DNA of 64,000 nucleotides, taken from a virus (taxonomy: Duplodnaviria > Caudoviricetes). Of this stretch, positions 62,285 through 64,000 are shown in pieces. The DNA lies in the IMG/VR virus record IMGVR_UViG_3300032038_000036, positions 1-64,000 of that record, one strand, 5' to 3'. Position numbers and translations under genes: made by a program. The first letter of the stretch is position 1, and each line of letters opens with the position of its first letter. The notes under the pieces were generated by a model. That model saw only the letters and a list, made by a program, of their open reading frames with translations. It ran no database searches and was not told where the DNA came from.

Positions 62285-62410
62285 TTGTTTTTAGTTTAAT
62301 TTGGATAAAACACCCGGATGAAACCGGGAGATGTAAAGAGCTGCTTAATTAGGCCTGATTGCAATGAGGAAACCGGTTAAGTTAGTTGGGTTCGAATCCC
62401 ACAAAATAGC
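62285..62410 (+). ncRNA. tRNA-Phe-like RNA with about 53-nt hairpin insertion in T stem
   Basis: TTGTTTT/AAAATAG, GTTT/AAAC D stem, CCCGG atgaaa CCGGG, GT[insert]GGG ttcgaat CCCAC. Confidence 0.6.
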
Positions 62411-62424
62411 AAATTAATAAAATT

Positions 62425-62498
62425 GGGGATATAGCTATAATGGTCAGAGCGGCGGCCTGTTAAGCCGATGGTTGTGGGTTCGAATCCCTCTGTCCCCG
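62425..62498 (+). tRNA. tRNA-Asn(GTT)
   Basis: gcggc ct GTT aa gccga. Confidence 0.92.
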
Positions 62499-62584
62499 CT
62501 AGTGGTTTGAACTTGAATTAACAAGCGAAAGGATAAAAGCTTTCACACGAATATAAATCCGAAAATGCTAAATTATCCAATGAT

Positions 62585-62673
62585 GGCGCGATGATGGAAT
62601 TGGTAGACATAGCAGACTTAAAATCTGCTGGGCCGTAAGGTCCGTGCGGGTTCGAGTCCCGCTCGCGCTACCA
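62585..62673 (+). tRNA. tRNA-Leu(TAA)
   Basis: gcaga ct TAA aa tctgc; CCA. Confidence 0.93.
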
Positions 62674-62799
62674 ATAATATGAGTGTGGAAATAACTTGTA
62701 ACTCAAGTAGAGAGTTTCCAGTAAATGGGTGGCGAGAAGAGTAAAGAGCTTACAATTTAGCCATATTATTATTTTGGATCACTTAGGTGACAGATATTT

Positions 62800-62874
62800 G
62801 GTCCATTGGTATAACGGTTAGAATATGTGACTGTCGATCACAAGATGAGGGTTCGACTCCCTCATGGACCGCCA
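62800..62874 (+). tRNA. tRNA-Asp(GTC)
   Basis: tgtga ct GTC ga tcaca; CCA. Confidence 0.92.
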
Positions 62875-62895
62875 AATAACTAAGTGATATATTTT

Positions 62896-62969
62896 GGTGG
62901 CGTGGTTTGAATGGTTACAATGCCGGACTGTCAATCCGTGTGGTGGGGGTTCGAATCCCCTCGTCACCG
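62896..62969 (+). tRNA. tRNA-Asp(GTC)
   Basis: ccgga ct GTC aa tccgt. Confidence 0.9.
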
Positions 62970-63010
62970 CAAATAGAAAATAATAACTTATAAATATAAA
63001 TTAAAAACAT

Positions 63011-63037
63011 ATGAAAACAATGAAACGAAAACGTTAG
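63011..63037 (+). CDS. Lys-rich mini leader MKTMKRKR upstream of tRNA-Lys cluster
   Basis: ATG AAA ACA ATG AAA CGA AAA CGT TAG followed by mutually exclusive helices. Confidence 0.45.
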   Translation: MKTMKRKR

Positions 63038-63135
63038 TTGTGTATGTTTCCTGAGAGAAATTGGTATTATGTTTTAACCAAAAGAAGCATGCACATAAAA
63101 TCAAAATCAAAAACAAATGAATTTATTATGTGTAT

Positions 63136-63212
63136 GCCCTCTTAGCTGAGTTGGTTAAAGCTGCGGCCTTTTAAGCCGAGGATCCAGGGTTCGAGTCCCT
63201 GAGGGGGTACCA
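63136..63212 (+). tRNA. tRNA-Lys(TTT)
   Basis: gcggc ct TTT aa gccga; CCA. Confidence 0.92.
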
Positions 63213-63215
63213 TTT

Positions 63216-63290
63216 GCTCTCATGGCGTTAATTGGTTAGCGTACCAGACTTTTAATCTGCGAGGTCAGGGTTCGAATCCCTGTGGGAGCA
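63216..63290 (+). tRNA. tRNA-Lys(TTT)
   Basis: ccaga ct TTT aa tctgc. Confidence 0.92.
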
Positions 63291-63304
63291 CAATTATAAA
63301 TTAT

Positions 63305-63378
63305 GCCTCTGTAGCTGAGCTGGTTAAAGCTGCGGCCTCTTAAGCCGAGGATCGTGGGTTCGAATCCCACCGGAGGTA
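63305..63378 (+). tRNA. tRNA-Lys(CTT)
   Basis: gcggc ct CTT aa gccga. Confidence 0.92.
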
Positions 63379-63404
63379 CACAACGGTTTCATATTGTTTA
63401 ATAT

Positions 63405-63491
63405 GGCTCCGTGGCGAAATTGGTAGTACGCATCAGACTTAAAATCTGAGGTCCAGAAATGGGCGTGTGGGTTCGACTCCCACCGGGGCTA
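63405..63491 (+). tRNA. tRNA-Leu(TAA)
   Basis: tcaga ct TAA aa tctga. Confidence 0.93.
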
Positions 63492-63658
63492 CAAATTAAA
63501 TTTGGATGTGACTGCAGCAATATATATAAAATTCATATTTAAGTGGAAGCTGTCACGGCTGCTTACCTGATATAAAGTAAGTAATAAATGTGTAAATGTT
63601 GACTTGCCTTAAGAAAGCAAATGTCAAATCCACTCGGTGAATTAATATGAATTTCCTT

Positions 63659-63731
63659 GGGGAGGTCGTTTAGTGGTCCAGGACAGTAGGCTTACATCCT
63701 ACCAACCAGAGTTCGATTCTCTGCCGCCCCA
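63659..63731 (+). tRNA. tRNA-Val(TAC) with Glu-like D arm
   Basis: gtagg ct TAC at cctac. Confidence 0.82.
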
Positions 63732-63950
63732 CTCTTGCATGCCGTGCAAAAATTCATGGAGAAGTTAAATGGCTAAAGGTTGTTCTTTGAAGTATTAATG
63801 CGTACGACAATTATGGAGAAGATATTCATGAATCTTATTAGTGATTAGATAAGTTGATAATGGCGTAATTAACCATTTGATGATATTCTTTTTGGTAATA
63901 AGTTTAACACAGCTCCAATACAGTTCTCGATAATCTGGGAAATCGAAGTT

Positions 63951-64000
63951 GGTCCGTTGGTTGAACGGTAACAATGCCGGCTTGTCACGCCGTGTGGTAC
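63951..64000 (+). tRNA. tRNA-Asp(GTC), truncated by window end
   Basis: ccggc tt GTC ac gccgt. Confidence 0.8.

Overview
Very AT-rich, gene-dense segment of a large (jumbo/mega-type) tailed phage, most likely infecting Bacteroidota/Prevotella-like hosts (evidence: Bacteroidota-type lipoproteins, TAnnTTTG-containing promoter motif, boxA-like TCTTTGACATA). 1-50.2 kb: nucleotide and replication genes (thymidylate-synthase-fold/dCMP-hydroxymethylase-like, ThyX, PD-(D/E)XK nuclease, LigA, SbcCD/gp46-47, RNase H-like, kinases), putative baseplate-hub chaperones, two huge Asn-rich proteins and many small + strand genes behind a 14-copy 39-nt promoter motif. 50.3-64 kb: an RNA island with about 44 tRNA genes in two arrays. 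Main finding: each array is preceded by an unannotated 36-37 codon leader peptide with antiterminator/terminator, and the leader codons match the tRNA content of that array (exact 12/12 amino-acid set match for array 1), suggesting a ribosome-stalling sensor that switches on phage tRNAs when host tRNAs are depleted. The island also has 7 copies of a Y-RNA-like GAGTTACTTC module fused to tRNAs in several topologies, 5 circularly permuted tRNA-like genes, 8/4-fold tRNA-Ser, A34 tRNAs and several ornate ncRNAs. A tandem hammerhead pair with variable arms lies at 32 kb. All calls were made by eye; no searches or folding programs were run.
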